A stretch of DNA of 63,672 nucleotides, counting the filler, from Sphacelaria rigidula (Eukaryota), in NCBI GenBank assembly GCA_964200075.2. It is 11 parts of 11 records of this genome, joined end to end, with 100 filler letters (N's around TTAATTAATTAA, not from the genome) between each part and the next. Parts side by side here need not be neighbours in the genome. Positions count along the whole stretch, not along the records: positions 57,976 to 63,672 come from CAXNAA020025172.1; 10 more parts are not named here. One strand, given 5' to 3'. The notes beneath the pieces were generated by a model. It was not told the DNA's origin. It saw only the letters and a list, made by a program, of their open reading frames with translations, and searched no databases. Positions 62,001 to 63,672 of the stretch are shown here, piece by piece. Each line of letters starts with the position of its first letter. The first letter of the stretch is position 1. A program made the translations under genes and the position numbers.

Positions 62001-62722
62001 ACGTTTGATCCACCTCCCTGGTGAAAGATGCGTACACCCTTGATTTCGTCATGACCCGTTAAGAATGGTACACGTCGCTCCACTCGGGTTTCGTCCTCAC
62101 AAGCCGAGCAAGGGGGAGCTGCGCGGGTGCGTCATCAAAATAGTCCATGGATAGCACACTCTAGAACTGCGTGGCCCTAAGCACACCCCAAACCCAAAGT
62201 CAAACCTTGCGTAGATCGAGAATCCTCGGGCAGGGGGACTTAAGAGGATCCCTTGGGTAAAGTGTGCGGGGGGCGGTTACCCTGGGCGAACTGTGTGTTA
62301 CGACAGCCTGGCGACGCCGATTGAAACAAGTCATACCGTGTAAGCTGGCGAGCACTCCGGACTGTCGGTTCCCGCAGATCCGAAAACCGGTGTCAACACT
62401 AACATAATTGTTTTTCGAACGACGACGACGACCTAGGGTGGGAATGTCGGATCTTGAACCGATATAAAAAGAAGCCGGACCCCATCGAGGAACATGCCGC
62501 CGCTGGTATGGTCAGATCCGTGCTCACAACACTCGTGCGCTCTAATCGGCGCGCACACCATGGCAAAAGGGGTGCGAGGGTTGGTGTCGGTGTTAGGGTT
62601 CGTATCGGTCGTGCTCGACCCATGAGGTCTCTGCAGCTCATCAAGCTGAAGTCGCGGCATGCTGCTTCGAGCAAGCGCTTGATGATTTTCACGTGTGCGC
62701 ACGCACATGCCCTCCCGACCAG

Positions 62723-62848
62723 GTTGTGTTTCGCGGCGAAACTGGTGCTGGCGGCGGTAGAGGGGCGAGACGCCGAGAGTGCCGTCGCCATGGCTGTCGT
62801 GAGGGTCGAAGGCGGCTTTGGCAACCCGCTCGCGCATCCATTCTACAG
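62723..62848 (+). CDS. Two-pore-channel (TPC)-like cation channel, N-terminal exon
   Basis: ccag|G..AG|gtgaga, 126 nt; LCFAAKLVLAAVEGRDAES...PLAHPFYR resembles the TPC pre-S1 helix (AAxxIxxAxxxR). Confidence 0.6.
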
Positions 62849-63071
62849 GTGAGACGGGCAGAAAGTACCAAATTCGCATTGTCGTCGGCACATGAGGGGG
62901 GGGGGCACGTTGAGCTACGGAGCACTTTCGGACTAGTTGAGGTTACGTTGGTGTTCTGCACTCAGGAACGTGAACGGCATCCGACAAGTACCTGGAAATA
63001 TGGTCCGTTTTCATCACGTCGCACGTTTTCAAAGACTTCTGGTCGATGTCTGTCTCATGTGCAATTTCTAG

Positions 63072-63242
63072 GCACTGGCTAGTCTGCGTCATCCTTGGCC
63101 ACCTCGCTCTGGGGTTTTGGGAGGGGGGCAATTCGCCGTTTCCGCTGTCCTTGCCTGTTTTGGCGGCGGAGGCTTTCATCTTCCTCTGCTACACGACAGA
63201 CATGGTGCTGAACTTTTGGACGTTCGGCATAGCGCAGTACAG
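63072..63242 (+). CDS. TPC-like cation channel, S1-S2 exon
   Basis: ttctag|G..AG|gtaaga, 171 nt, same phase; HWLVCVILGHLALGFWEG...LAAEAFIFLCYTTDMVLNFWTFGIAQY has the S1 LxFxE and S2 E-x9-D pattern of voltage-sensor domains. Confidence 0.65.
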
Positions 63243-63672
63243 GTAAGAGGGCGAGAGTATGCGGTGCCATGCTCAGGCTCTTCAGAATAGGGTGGTCGCG
63301 TCGGACGGCTCAAGAAACGAGATCGTGCAGTGTCCAAGAAATTGACTTTTGTCGTCAAATTGACACAGCGGGGAGTTTCCACAAACTATCATCCAGCAAC
63401 ATGCCCTACAGTCTTTTTACGTTGTCCTCTGTGCATGCCGTGTATTTTGACTGGTTTGTTGGACACCATCATGTCGTTTTTTGAGCCCTTCATCGCGATC
63501 GCCCTACAATAGTATGCCACGTATGTGCGACGTTTTGTTGGACGTGAAATTGCAATAGTGTATGTCGCTCTAGCTCTCGGTGCTGAAGGCACATGGAACA
63601 CGAAAATGTGTATTGATGCCGGCAGAACCCCCCCCCCCCCCCCCCCCCCCCCCCCAACGATACCACACCACC

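Noticed and set aside
107..63242. Apparent calcium/trafficking gene cluster (CaMK, Rab1, TPC)
   Set aside because: The genes lie on different, artificially concatenated contigs.

Overview
This is eukaryotic, intron-rich, repeat-dense DNA, inferred to be a stramenopile and most likely a brown alga. It is not one continuous locus. It is 11 unrelated, size-sorted contigs (5 x 5698 bp, then 6 x 5697 bp) joined by ten artificial 100-nt spacers (N44-TTAATTAATTAA-N44), so no synteny can be read across spacers. Host gene fragments with GT-AG exons: (i) a CaMK-family kinase on the minus strand (107-5136) with DFG->GFG and HRDLKxxN->HRDLQPSN changes, a candidate pseudokinase; (ii) a PPR-like + Smr-like protein (6228-10283); (iii) two exons of Rab1/YPT1 (52762-55558); (iv) two exons of a two-pore-channel-like protein (62723-63242); (v) one orphan exon (48009-48158). 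There is also an intronless, decayed giant-virus-type ankyrin-repeat pseudogene (about 29320-30825). The rest is mobile DNA: a Ty3/gypsy 5' half (LTR-gag-protease) enclosed by 1407-bp inverted arms that make contig 5 a palindrome, a very long frameshifted gag-like ORF chain, tRNA-derived SINEs, and many MITE/foldback elements, including a Mutator-type element with a 9-bp TSD and a 79-bp TGT..ACA element with a 4-bp TSD. The most striking observation is a high-copy non-LTR retroposon system (13 copies seen). It comprises a LINE and a partner family that share a 3' stem-loop tail ending in oligo(C) rather than poly(A). One LINE copy has a perfect 18-bp TSD that itself starts with CCCCC, suggesting C-tail/G-run-primed insertion. 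All homology calls were made by eye; no database search was run.
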